From Squalus acanthias (lineage: Eukaryota), in NCBI GenBank assembly GCA_030390025.1, contig CM059432.1, positions 55,306,001-55,370,000 of the forward strand: a DNA stretch of 64,000 nucleotides, in the 5' to 3' direction. The translations under genes were made by a program, and so were the position numbers. Below, one piece after another: positions 37,569-50,097 of this stretch (position 1 is the stretch's first letter; every line of letters starts with the position of its first letter). The notes under the pieces are model-generated. The model did not search any database. It was not told where the DNA came from and was given only the letters and a program-made list of their open reading frames with translations.

Positions 37569-38460
37569 ACTGTAAGCAAGTGTTGTGAGCAGAAGCCTTT
37601 AAATAAGAATGAAGGCGTTCTCCATTTGCAACAACACTCCCGTCACCTTAGGAACTTGAAACAAGTTTAGAAAGCTGCAAGAGTTGCAGAAAGTTACACA
37701 GAGCCAGTCAAAATGAAAAAGCATGTCAGCTGCAAGTTGTTGCTGATGATCTCTTTAAATAACACTGCTAGAGGCTCCTTCCTGCTTGTGAACGCTTGGT
37801 CAGCTGGTCATAATTAACACAGGCCGGTATGTTGAACGGCGAATGCAAAAATGGCAGAGAGCAGTTGAAGAATGTGGTGAAATATCCCTTTACTCTAATT
37901 GACTCACTGACGTCACGATCTGCATAATCTACATATCCCCAGTGAGCGCGGACATCGGCAGCACTGCCTACCAGCCGAAAATGGCAGCCTCTGCAAGACC
38001 CGGCGGAACTCAGGCGGCCGCCTTTTTTTTCACCAAAACGGGACTTAACGGACAACACTAACACCTCCAATTTCTAGGCAATGGTTCTATGGGTGCTGAC
38101 CAGCCTCTGGTACTTTGCCCAAGTGCCCATTCTTCATATGTGAGCCTAGATGGTGAGTGCCAATGAGCTACTTGGCTGAAGGGGCATTACAGCCAAATCC
38201 TGTCCTCACCGGACATCTAAGCACATGCATTCTAGCAGAAATCACTGGATAGTGCTCACGAGCAGGAACCCTGGCTGATCACTTTTCCTCACCTTAGGCC
38301 AGAGAAGTTAAGGCCAATCATACTGCTTTCTCCCTCCCCCCCCTCCCCCACCCACCCCGACATACAATTTTTAACTAGTAAGCTTTTACTTCATTTTTTT
38401 TTATGTATACTTTGGCATTTTGTGTTTCAGAACATTCTATCATTTCTTTTTGCATTATAG

Positions 38461-38509
38461 GCACAGGCAAGTCTTGGACAAATTATTTGACATTGATTAC
38501 GTTCTGAAG
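38461..38509 (+). CDS. abhd3: ABHD3 coding exon 7
   Basis: Acceptor TTATAG, then HRQVLDKLFDIDYVLK; donor GTAAAT; 49 nt. Confidence 0.92.
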
Positions 38510-38624
38510 GTAAATAATTCCTTCATTACTATCTGTACATTTTGGAAAATAATGCATCATAAGTCTGTATACAGTAAATGCATTTTGTTTTCATTTGATG
38601 TTTGCTTTATTTATTTCAATATAG

Positions 38625-38790
38625 GCAAAAACTATCCGAGAATTTGATGAACGGTTTACATCAGTGATGTTTGGTTACAACACAAATGCTGATTACTACA
38701 GAGATGCCAGTCCTTACCACAAACTAAAGTCCATTGAAGTTCCTGTCTTGTGCTTAAATGCTTTAGATGATGTCTTTTCACCAGGTTATG
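38625..38790 (+). CDS. abhd3: ABHD3 coding exon 8 (catalytic Asp)
   Basis: Acceptor ATAG, then [55 protein letters not shown]; donor GTAAG; 166 nt. Confidence 0.95.
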
Positions 38791-39259
38791 GTAAGTTTAC
38801 ATTTTATACTTTGTGACTGATGAACCTTTAATTCTACAGTATCAGGCTGATAGCTAGGAGAGCACTGTTCAAATTCCACTCTTGACTTATTTTCACACTC
38901 AGGTTATCCTTGGTCAAGAATGTCCAAACCTAGCTGAGCTGCATGCTGTGGAGCCTTGAGAGCCACATGGCTTTGCAGGATGTGAGATCAAAATGAATCA
39001 CCAGAAAATCCCTTTATGTGATACTTTACACCGGGAGCCTCACCTTGCAAAATTTGCTCTGTAAAATTTAAATTGATCTTGCATTTATCTCATGTTGTTG
39101 ATGCAAACAGATCTTGTAACATAAAACAAAATAGGAAAATATTCTACAGGCACATAAATAAAAAATGGAAAGTCGGGATGGGAATAGGGCTACTAAGGGA
39201 TGGACGGGATAAAAATCGCAGGCAGCGATAGCAAAATCGCAGAAATATAAAAAATTATT

Positions 39260-39920
39260 TTGCTTCAATATTTACCAGGGAGACGGATCAGGTGGACATG
39301 ACATTAGAAATGATATAACCGCATTTAAAATAAAAAGAGAAATATTGAATAAACTAATCAAATTCAAAGAGGATATCGAACCTTGGTTAAACACACTTGA
39401 AGTACAGTGTACAGTTCTGGTTGTCATATTATACAAAGGATATAGAGTCACTCGAGGGGGTGCAAAAAAGATTTACAAGGATGATACCAGAACTGTAAGG
39501 TTCTATCTATCAGGAAAGGATGAACAAGGCTGAGGGGTGACCTAATAGAGGTCTTTTAAAATTATGAAAGGTTTTGATAGAGTAGACACTGAGAGAATGT
39601 TTCCACTTGTGGGGAAGAGCAAAACTAGAGGCCATCAATATAAGATAGTCACCAAGAAATCAAATAGGGAATTCAGAAGAAACTTCTCTACCCAGAGAGT
39701 GGTGAGAATGTGGAACTCACTACCACAGGGAGTAGTTGAGGGGAATACTATAGATGCATTTAAGGGGAAGCTAGATGGGCATATGAGGGAGAAGGGAATA
39801 GCGGGTTATGCTGATAGAGTTAGATGAGGAAAGATGGGAGGAGGCTCGAGTGGAGCATAAATGCGAGCATGGACTGGTTGGGACAAATGGCCTGTTTCTG
39901 TGTTGTATATTCTATGTAAT
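39260..39920 (+). mobile_element. CR1 fragment with internal deletions
   Basis: ORF 39564 (TRGHQYK..TQRVVRMWNSLP); tail TGTATATTCTATGTAA. Confidence 0.85.
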
Positions 39921-40242
39921 TGTTGTTCTGGTTTAGAACTTGTCCGCCAATGAGGCAATAGTGCTAAAAAGAGCCATCTCCAGGCCCAAAATATCCTAAC
40001 AGGACAAACCAGCAAGTAAGATGGAGTAGCCTGGGCTTTGTGGCCGCATGTGGGCCACAGACTGTAGTTGGGACATTCATATTCTAGTTGTTTCTGGAGA
40101 AGAGAGAGGAAAGTGGAAAGTGATAAGGGAGAGAAAGGGGTCTCAAACAAAATGTGTTCCAGGCAAGTCGACCATACAATATAATTAACAATGCCAATGG
40201 AGATGTTTATCGAGTAAATCATCTTGGGCAAGGAAAGCTAGC

Positions 40243-40804
40243 ATAGCTCATCCATGCCTTTGTTACCTCTAGACTTGACTATTCCAACGCACTCCTGCTG
40301 GCCTCCCATCTTCCACCCTCTATATGCTTAAGCTTATACAAAACTCTGCTGTCCTTATCCTAACTCGCAGCAAGTCCCGTTCACCCATCACCCCTGTGCT
40401 CGCTGACCTACATTGGCTCCCGGTTCAGTAATGCCTCAATTTTAAAATTCTCATCCTTGTTATCAAATCCCTTCATGACCTCGCCCCTCCCCATCTCTGT
40501 AAGCTCCTCCAGCCCTACAACCCTCCAAAATATCTGCGCTCCTCTAATTCTGGCCTCTTGAACATCCCCGATTATAATCGCTCCACCGTTGGTGGCCATG
40601 CCTTCAGTTGCTGAGGCCCTAAACTCTGGAATTCCCTCACTAATCCTCTCTTTCCTCCTTTAAGGCTCTCTTTAAAACCTACTTCTTATCTGCCCTAATA
40701 TCTCCTTATGTGGCTTGGTGTCAAATTGTGTTTGATAACGCTCCTGTGAAGCACCTTGGGACATTTTACTATGTTAAAGGCGCTAAAATGCAAGTTGTTG
40801 TTGT
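40243..40804 (+). mobile_element. L2 3' fragment
   Basis: High similarity to 6912-7500. Confidence 0.92.
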
Positions 40805-40934
40805 ATGACATTGTTAGAACTCTTGATTCATTTCAAATTTCCAAATATTACGTGACTGATCTCCTGTACAATAAATGGGATTATATATTTTATCTTCCAT
40901 GAAATCTGATCTGCTCATTGGACAAATTCACTGT

Positions 40935-41300
40935 CTGGTGTGGCACTGAGCTATAGACCGGGAAGTTCCCAGATTTTATCACCGGTCACCACTGAGTTAG
41001 CTGGTTTCTGCTGGGCTGTGATGGATGTATTATAGTTGGCCACAGCGCCCCGGGCTAAGGAGGAGATATATAAAAAAAAAAACAACCTAGGTTGTTGCTC
41101 CTGATCACTATTTATTTAGTGACTTCTATTGAAACGTGAGCTGGTGTGAACATCTGTGATGCCCCAGCAGTCAAGTAGCCTGCCGACAGTCATTGCTTTA
41201 GCTCACATATGAGGTATAGCTACTTGAGTGAGGCACTGGAAATAAGCTGACACCTATGGAACTGTACATGAGTCACCCACCTTCAGGAAAAGAAGGGGAG
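40935..41300 (+). mobile_element. SINE-like interspersed repeat
   Basis: Related pieces at ~21025-21310 (+) and ~38095-38330 (-); tRNA-like head; family not identified. Confidence 0.5.
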
Positions 41301-42704
41301 AAAGTTGGAACAAAAATTAATAAACTAAAAGAAGGTCTTGGCATCGCACATTCATAGTGCAAGCAATGTACTGTATAATAACTGTGGTAGATAAAGTTTA
41401 AAACAAGATTGATAAATAGTAATGGTTAATATCAGCTGGTCAGTTTTAAAATGATTTAGTGATTTCTATTTCACAGCAATACATAAGATGCTGTAAAAGT
41501 CCAGGGTCAGAGAGTGAGAAGTGCTATCGAGGAGGTAGTCTCACATCACTTGGATTTCACACCACATGGAGTAATCACACGTGCGCAGAACTCTCCTGGG
41601 CAGGAAAATTTCAACCAGATATTGTGAACAAAGTGCTACTTGGCCAGAATCCATACTGCAGCTACCGGGCTCAGACCAGTAGCTGCAGTATTAGTTTGCC
41701 AAATAAGATTTATTTTGGTTAAAGTCACTGATGCACAATCAGTGGGCAATGGACAACACTCAATTTACGTCCCTCAGCGCTGGGTTGTCACCCCCAAAAA
41801 TGAATGCCAGTAGATCAGTGCAGTTGCAACTTGCTGGAGGTGGTAGCAAACTAGAAGTGCTGCTTGTGGCCATCTTGGACTGCTCTAACTTAATTTATCT
41901 GTTTTCCGTGGAAGTTCTTGGTGTTAAGAATTGCTGAACTTGGACTTTCCTGACTACAGGAATATTGCTGGGGGCACCATCTTTGCTAAACCCATCTCTA
42001 CAGTCTGGCAGCTATTGCCCCACCCCCAACACTGCCCTTTCCATTCGGTATCACTCTCTATCTGTATTTTGAGCAGCTGGATGATGAGCATGTATAGGAA
42101 GCCCAGAGGGATACCAGATTAGTAACGTGCCATAGGCATAAGCTAGTACCAACCTGCAGAAATCCACTGCACAGCATCTGCAGACCAAGGTGATTCTATC
42201 TAAGCTTGTCCAGACACCAATGCATTAGAAGGCACTAGTTGTCCCCCAAAAAATGGCAGAATTGGGAAATGGGCAATTATTTTTTTACTGCAATTCCCAA
42301 GGTCTTGCGTGCCTATTCTGCTGTGGCAATGCACTGCATCAATTTACCTATCCCCCACCTTAAGCAGCATCCCATGTCGCCAAAATGGTGCCAGCCCCTG
42401 TAAAATATTTAAATGCCCTGACCCCAGGAGTTGGGCTGGGATCAGAGGTACAAACAATTAACAGAAGTCCTGCTGCAGTGGGCTTCTGCAGGCAGAGTGA
42501 GACCACAGGAAATTCATCCCTGAAGCCTACAGCGGGTCCTTCTCAGGACGTAGGCAGGAGAGGAAGGCCACCACAGTTCCAGCAGGCTCGTACAGTTAGT
42601 CAGCAGTAGGCCACCTCACACACTGTGCCCACTCAGATAACACTTAGGAGGAGCACCAGATTAGGCATAGGTAGAAGATCACACAGTAACAGCAGGGGAA
42701 ACCA

Positions 42705-44493
42705 GGCTGTGATTTCGCCATCGGAGGTGGGATCGCGGCGGGAGAGGTCGTTGACGGGTCCCGGTCCCGCTCCCATCTCCAGCAGCTCTGTGAAAAGGAT
42801 TTTCCCCTGATTGGGCTTGTTAAGCCCGCCCAACGAGTTTCCCAGCCAATTTTTTAAAAAAAAAGCGGGTCTGATGACGTCATTTGATGACTTGTCATCA
42901 GCCGGTTTCCTTAATGGGACCATGGCCACATTCATTTTGACAGTTGTTCTGTCAGTGTTCTACAGCATTGAGCTGCTACAAACACTGACAATGACTGCAC
43001 AAAGGTGCATGGCTACACCCAGGCTCTCACATGACTCCCTCCATATGCTTATGGAGAGAGTCACAGCACACAGGGAGATTCTCTTCCCTTCCAATGAGCG
43101 GAAGATTCCTCCCCAGGACACCAACCTGGTGCACATTGCACAGGAGGACACAAGCAGGGATGTCGTCAGGAGGACCTGGCTGCAGTGGTGCAAACCTTTC
43201 AATGGTCTCAGTAGATCACAAAACGTTACTGCAAAGCCACACCCAACCTCATCCTGCTGTGCCACTCATCACATCCCCATCACTCTGCCTCCCCTACAGT
43301 ACTCCTGCACATCTTTACTCACACCAACTTACCTTGCACCTCCACCCATCCCTCTCTATCTACATTATCACTTCCCCATCTCAGGAGCCACCCCTCACAT
43401 TCACCCTCATCCTAGTGCAATCATACCAACTAACAACACACGGGTAGGCACTTGGGTGTTTTATGCAATGTTCATGTGAAGTTTCTGTTAATGTGTTGTC
43501 AAACATTAAAATCTATATTTTCAACACTTTACCTTATTGGACAGATCTGTGCTCACTTTTGGAAGTGTCTTAGTGAGTTCCAGTGACTGTTGAGACATAA
43601 CTTCCCCACCCCCCCCGCCCCCCAATTGTGATGAGTGTGAAAGGAATGGCTTGGGCATTGTAGGGATGCTTTATGGTGCTGGTGTGGGGTGGTGCCAACC
43701 TGGCGCATCATGTGGCAGCCAGGGTGTACAGCGTTAAGTGAAGTAAATCTGGTCATGGTGAGGCCATCACTGGCCTCCCGGGCAGCAATGTGGTCGGCTG
43801 CTGATGGCCTGTGTCCTGTGCAGCATCAGGTGATTGCGGAGAAGGTTGGTGTTGTTGGTGGTGTTGTTGGTGATGTTGTTGGTGTGCCTGGTGATGTTGG
43901 TGTTGGGGCTGATCGTGGAGGGATTCAGAGGACCAAGGTGAGAGTTTTTCCAAGGGCACCGATGTTGCTGGAATAGATGGCAGCTGAAGTTGAGATGACA
44001 GAAGTCAATGGTGAGAGAGCTTGCTCCAAGGAGGTGACAGTGGATAGAGAGTTTACTCCAAACATTTCCAAACTACATACAGCTCAAAAGTGTCTTCCAA
44101 GTCCTGAAGGCTCAAGCTTCTGACATTGGAAAGTGACCAGCTGTGAAATGGTAGCTTTCATACCACTTTTGCAGCTGTCACCTATTCACAGCAATGGGGA
44201 GACATAGAGAACCCAACCTACTTACCTGACGTGATTTCTGAACGACATGAAACTCGTTAAAAAAGTGGTAAAATAGAAATAGGCCGGCAAAATAGTAGTT
44301 AACAAGCATTTAACTATTTTAAATGCCTCCTCGCCGCTTGGTGTCGGGCCTATTCTGAAATCGCAGACCTGACACTTTGGAAAACAACACGGAGGCGGGT
44401 TCAGAGCGGGTTCCCAACCCGCTGTCAATCATTTCGATTTTGACAGCGGACTCGTCTCCAACCCGTACTCTGAGCACCGGCAAAATTCAGTCC
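42705..44493 (+). mobile_element. Non-autonomous Harbinger derivative with Myb remnant
   Basis: TIR GGCTGTGATTTCGCC / GGCAAAATTCAGTCC; PRLSHDSL..RRTWLQWCKPFNGL; inverted homologs at 45.5-47.3 and 53.9-55.6 kb. Confidence 0.82.
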
Positions 44494-45540
44494 ACAGTGT
44501 TGATGATAAGCTCTGAAATCTGATATCACTAGTGAGGGCAGGAAATAAATGTTTCTAAATAGGGTAAGTTCATGATTGCGCTTACTCTGTTTTGGAAACC
44601 GTTTGGAGGTGGGTGGGATGATATGTAATCTGTGGGAGCTGTGTGTTGATAGGAATGCAGAGGATTTTGGGCATGGTGGATTCTCAGGAATAGGCGGGGG
44701 TGGTGGGTGGGGGGGTGGTGAGGGTTCTGTTGAAAGGAACATTAACGCAGTAGGGAGAGCTGGTTCTCAGGAGACGGTGTCCAGATTCAGATGGTGGTGA
44801 ATGACTCTTCTCTGGCTGCTGGCAGAGGGTTTTTCTTGGTAGCCTCTTCTTGTTTCTGTTGGTCACTTTCATCCCCTTTGCCTTCTGTTGCCTTCCTCTT
44901 TGTGTCCTCCATGACGCATCCTCTTTTCGATGCAAACTTATGCAGCAGACCATTACTTTCCTTGGCACTCCTGCTGGACCGTGCTGCAAAGCCCACCAAA
45001 CTTACTGAAGCCCCCAAAACTTGACTTCAACATTCCAATCGTGTGCTGTAATATAATCTTGTGACAGAATGGGCCCCATTTTATTGTAGCTGTGCTGGTG
45101 TCCCAGGGAACACCGGTGTCAACAGCCAAGGCTACAGGTGGGAGCCTTTATCACCCAGATTGAGACTGGACACTTGCCCTTTGTCTTAATAAAGTGGTAG
45201 CATTGTGGAATTCTTTAATGGATGCCGTATCATCTTCATATTAAAAATTCCACATTGTAAAAAAATTGTTATATTCGGAGGTAACAGCAGGGCCCCTCTA
45301 ACAGTAATCAATCCCTCATTGGACCTGGTACTGTTAGGGCTTTCATTGGCCCAGAAAGGGACCTATGCCTGTTCTCAGCAGATGTAAGTCCCTGTTGGAC
45401 CTATCAGGGGCACATCTGGCAGGATTCCCAGGACAGCTCCAAACTGCTACTGTGAAGTAATTTCTACCCTATCATTTTTTTTCTCTGATTTCCAATTGTT
45501 TTGTCTTTTACGTTTTTTTAAACATGTAAAGAGAATTGCA

Positions 45541-47263
45541 GGCCGGAATTTTGTTGGGGGGGGGGGGGGGGGTCAGCAGGCGTGATGGGTAGCAAGTCGG
45601 GACCCCGCTGTGAACCCGCTGCCACGCACCTTTCCCAATGTCGGGTCTGTCAGTGCTGAACAGACCCGACACGCAGCGGCCGGGGACCCAATTCAGGTAA
45701 TTAGTGGCTTACTTAGAGCCACTTAAAAATGATTTTCAGCTTACCTTTGGCATTTGACAGCTCACCCATTGGGTCCACACTGGTCGTGGACCATGTCTGT
45801 CAAGCTGAGGCGATAGTTCAGTGGCCATTGAATCAGCTGTTGAGTTGACAGCTTCAAATGTAAAGTAAAAGCTCCCACCTTACAGAGATATCTTCCCTCA
45901 GCCACAAACTCTTCCTCACTGCATTTCCACAACAGATTCACCATGCTGCAAGTCATTACACAAGGCTCCATCCAGTCTGACCTCATTACATCTCTTACCA
46001 TTGACAGATCGCTTCTGTCATCTCTACTTCACCTGCCATCTATTCCATCAGCATGGGTGCCCTTTATACTCTCTCACCTTGGTCCTCAGAATCCCATCAC
46101 GATCAGCCCCAACACCAGCAGCACCAACAACAGCACCACCAACCTTCTCTGCAATCAACTGATGCTACACAGGACAGAGGGCATCCGCACCCGACCACAT
46201 TGCAGCCCGGGAGGCATGGGATGGCCTCACCATAGCCACATTTACTTCACTTAATGCTGTACACCCTGGCTGCCATATGATGCGCCAGGTTGGCACCACC
46301 CCACACCAACACAAACACCATAAAGCATCCCTACCATGCCCAAGCCATTCCTTTCACACATGACCATTGCGGGGGGTAGCGTTATGTATCACCATTCACT
46401 GCAACTCACTAAGCCACTTCCAAGGGTGTACACAAATCTGTCCAAGAATCCAAAGTATTGAAAATAAAGGTTTCAATGTCTGACACCACATTAACAGAAA
46501 CTTTACATGAACATTGCATAAAACACCCAAGTGCCTACCCTTGTGTGTTGTTAGTTGGTATGATTACACTAGGATGAGGGTGAGTGTGAGGGGTGGCTAG
46601 TGAGATGGGAAAGTGATAATGTAGATAGAGAGGGATGGGTGGAGGTCCAAGGTAAGTTGGTGTGAGTAAGGGTGTGCAGGAGTAGGGTAGGGAAGGCAGA
46701 GTGATGGGGATGTGATGAGTGACACAGCAGGATGAGGTTGAGTGTGGCTTTGTACTAACATTTCGTGATCTACTGAGATCATTGAAACATTTGTGGCACT
46801 GCACCCAGGTCCTCCTGACCACATCCCTGCTTGTGCCCTCCTCTGCAATGTGCAACCAGGCTGTGTTGATCTCCTCGGGAGTGCTCTCCCACCCATGGGA
46901 AGGGAAGAGGACCTCCCTGCATAAGCATATGGAGGGAGTCATGGGAGAGCCTGGTGTAGCCCTGTGCCTTTGTGCAGTCATTGTCAGTGTTTGCAGCACC
47001 TCAATGCTGTAGAACACTGATAGCACAAATATCAAAATAAATTTGGACATGGTCCCTTTAAAGAAACCGGCTGAAGACGCGCCATCAAATGAAGTCACCA
47101 GACCCGCTTCCTCTAATTGGCTGGGAAATGTGCTGGGCGGGCTTAACAAGCCCCATCAGCAGAAAGTCATTTCACAGAGCGGGATCGGGAGCCAGCAGCG
47201 GGGTCGGGACCTACCATTGACATCGCCCGCCACGGACCCGCCGAAGTTAGTAAAATCCTGGCC
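45541..47263 (-). mobile_element. Non-autonomous Harbinger derivative with Myb remnant
   Basis: TIR GGCCGGAATTTT / AAAATCCTGGCC; TSD GCA; AWLHIA..RRTWVQCHKCFNDL. Confidence 0.85.
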
Positions 47264-48674
47264 GCAGTCTGAGAGCTTTAGAGTATACATTTGAATGCAA
47301 AAAGCTAATAAGTGGAACAGAATGACAATATAAACATTTGTCTAATTGTTTAGTATGGTTTCAGTAATAAAAAGAAAAAATCAGTTGAGAGTGCAATACA
47401 TTGGCTTTGTATGTACTTATGGTATCACGCAGAGCATAATCATGCAATACACTTTTTATTCAACTGTGTAACATAATTTTTTTAGTGATTTTCACCAATT
47501 TTTTTTCTTTCTTTCAGATTTTTATCTGCTTTTGAAAAGTCTGTATTAATTACCTGCCATTTTTTCCAGCACTAAAATTGAAAATGCAGAGCTCTAGATG
47601 TGATAGAGTGCAGCAGGATGTAACAGCCTTACAATTCTTGCTGATGTAAAGCAAAAATTAAGTTGTTTGCCTTGGCTTTATAACAAATGGAATAGCTATG
47701 TTAAATTGGATTGTGGTTCTCTGAAGGTCTATTGTCCTTGAAAAGTGCTTTGCATTGATTTTTTTTTGGTCCAGTTGTTGAATGATGGAATAGGCTAATG
47801 TATTTCTTGTGCTTTTCAAATAGCTGCTCTCAGATATTAATGTTCAAAAGGTCAGTGGATGTTCCCTTATAATTTATGTATTTTAAACTTGGACATAAAT
47901 CAACATTATATGAGATAAAAGAAATAGAAGAAATCGAGAGGCCATTTTCCATTATTGGTCAGCTGGAGACAGCTGAAACCTTGCACTGAGGGCTTTGCTC
48001 CCATTGGGGTCTGAGCCTGCCTAATCTTCCAGGGTCAGGTCTCATTATCCATGCATAATGAACTCCTATGTGTAATAGGCCAGTGATCGGGAGCTTACTG
48101 TTTTATGAACAGGATATCCAGTGCTGATGCAGGGATTGAAAGATCTGCAGTAGCAGTTTAAAGCGGACCATGTTTTTGTGATCAGCATATTCAAGACATA
48201 TTAAAATATCACTAGAATGCTGCAGAGACATGGATGTGCCTCAAGATTTGAAGATGCAGCAGCAGAAGTACTGTTAGAAGTATGGTGGAGGAGTGTTGCC
48301 TGGTTTGACTTTCCAGGGCACTTCCAACACAGGAGAGCAGTACGGTGCTTGGGAATCAGGTGCTCCAGGTTAATGATGTTTCCAACATCCAAAGGATCTG
48401 GCTGCAAATTCATAACAAGTTTAGAGACCTCACCAAATCGGCCAAGGTAAAACTACTCACCATTACCATATACCAAGCAGATGGACATTGTATGCATGTC
48501 ACAAATTATTTCCTTCCACTCAGACTATCTTGCAGCCCTTTGAATGCTTACAATGCACACCCATTCTGAAGCTGCAATTTATACCTATACCTAACTCTTG
48601 CCACACCAATATTCTTCATCCAAAGAATCTTTCTAATAAAATATAATTGCATGAATGTATGTACATGTAATGAC

Positions 48675-48711
48675 AGTTCTGACGAAAGGTCATTGACCTG
48701 AAACGTTAACT
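48675..48711 (+). ncRNA. Minimal type I hammerhead ribozyme motif
   Basis: AGUU-CUGACGA-A-AGGUC AUU GACCU-GAAA-CG-UU-AACU: intact core, 4-bp stem I, 5-bp stem II, palindromic AACGUU stem III. Confidence 0.78.
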
Positions 48712-48811
48712 CTGTTTCTCTCTCTCTCCACAGATGCTGCCTGACCTGCTGAGTATTTCCAGCATTTTCAGTGTTTATTTCAGATTTCCAGCATCCACAG
48801 TATTTTGCTTT
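48678..48811 (+). mobile_element. PLE 3'-terminal mini-insertion carrying a hammerhead motif
   Basis: Reverse complement of ~1161-1290; TSD TGTAAT(G/C)ACAGT at 48666-48677 and 48812-48823. Confidence 0.85.
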
Positions 48812-50097
48812 TGTAATCACAGTAATGATGGTCTGCAGAATGACCACTTGGGTGTCACTGTACTCCTGACTGTTTCAGCCTCTCAACTCCTTTTCTCAGC
48901 TTGCAAGCAAGGGGGTGCTTACAGAAGGGAGCAGACACACATGGGTGCAGGCTCCCATAGCATTAAGCCCTGAGTTCCTTCAAAGAGGACGTCCCAAGAA
49001 TCATTGGCAGGGAATGGGGGCGGGGGGAGTGGGAGGTTAAAATCTGAAGTCTCCATGAAGTTGACTGATCTACTAAATGTTTCCAATATTTTCTGGTTTT
49101 GTTCTAGTACTAGCCTTCTCGTATTCTTTTCTCTCTCTTACTCACTCGCACACTGACTGCTCCAAATATATTAAAACACAATACCATGTCATACAGTATA
49201 TTCTCATGCAAGAAAAGTTTGAAGATTTCATGCAGCCAGAAACCTAACATACGTTCTTACTCTCTTTTTTAGGTGCCCTACAAAAAGCATTCACAGCTCC
49301 TAGTGGCTTCCAAGAAGCCAGCTCCTCAGTACCCCTATCTCACTCACTCCACCTATCACAAGCATCAGCACCGGTACATCCATCCCACAGGATTGAGGTA
49401 GTCAGTTTGAGATGGGCACACCAGATGATACACAGAATAAGAGTGAGCAGCAGCAGGTAGCAAAGACAGTGGAGGAAGAGGAATCTATTTACTGAAGGGT
49501 CAGCTCATGTTCTTCCTCAGTTGCAAAGCCCTAGGATTTTGACATCACGGCAACTGCAATTAAAAATATATCTGAGCAACAACATTTCTACCATCTTTAA
49601 AGGATGTGCCAAACACTCTGCAAGATCTAATAGTGAGTGTGAAAGAGTCCACAATGGCACATCTGTGAGGTCATGCAGGAAGCTTTCTGTTCACCTCAGG
49701 ACTATGGACCACTTTGAAACTGCAGGACTATCTGCAGTGCAGCTCCCAGTGAGAGAGGTCCTAAGGTCAGCCACAATATCTTTTGTAAATACTCTGATTG
49801 CTGCTTTGCTCCAAAAAGCTATCTTATATGGTTTCAACATGCAAAGAACTATTATGCAGGCATCAACTACCTTCCAGGGGTCGTCTTCCACACAGATCAG
49901 CTGACATATTGAAGGAGTACCCAGCACTGGGGAATCTCTGAAGTAGAAACAGATGAGACTGTTCCGCTAAAGAAGACACTATATCAGCCCACCCTAGGTC
50001 AAATAACAGAAGAGGTGGTAGAAAGCAGATAGCACCAGGCAGCCACTGTAGTAGCAAACATGGCATAGCCAGTGGCAGGGCCACCCCATGGCTCACC

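Larger units (their letters stand above)
33833..38080. mobile_element. PIF/Harbinger DNA transposon, two-gene architecture, decayed
   Basis: TIR GGCTTAGAAATTGG / CCAATTTCTAGGC; convergent Myb/SANT gene (+) and DDE transposase (-). Confidence 0.9.
47940..50095 (+). mobile_element. Old degenerate Harbinger Myb region
   Basis: ASRFEDAAAEVLLE and QRIWLQIHNKFRDLTK fragments followed by a GT donor, echoing the other Myb copies; boundaries uncertain. Confidence 0.5.

Noticed and set aside
42811..43479. 222-aa ORF (and 46535-47149, 55020-55616) as a host gene family
   Set aside because: All lie inside TIR-bounded repeats; only the central Myb remnant is protein-like and the copies differ by indels.
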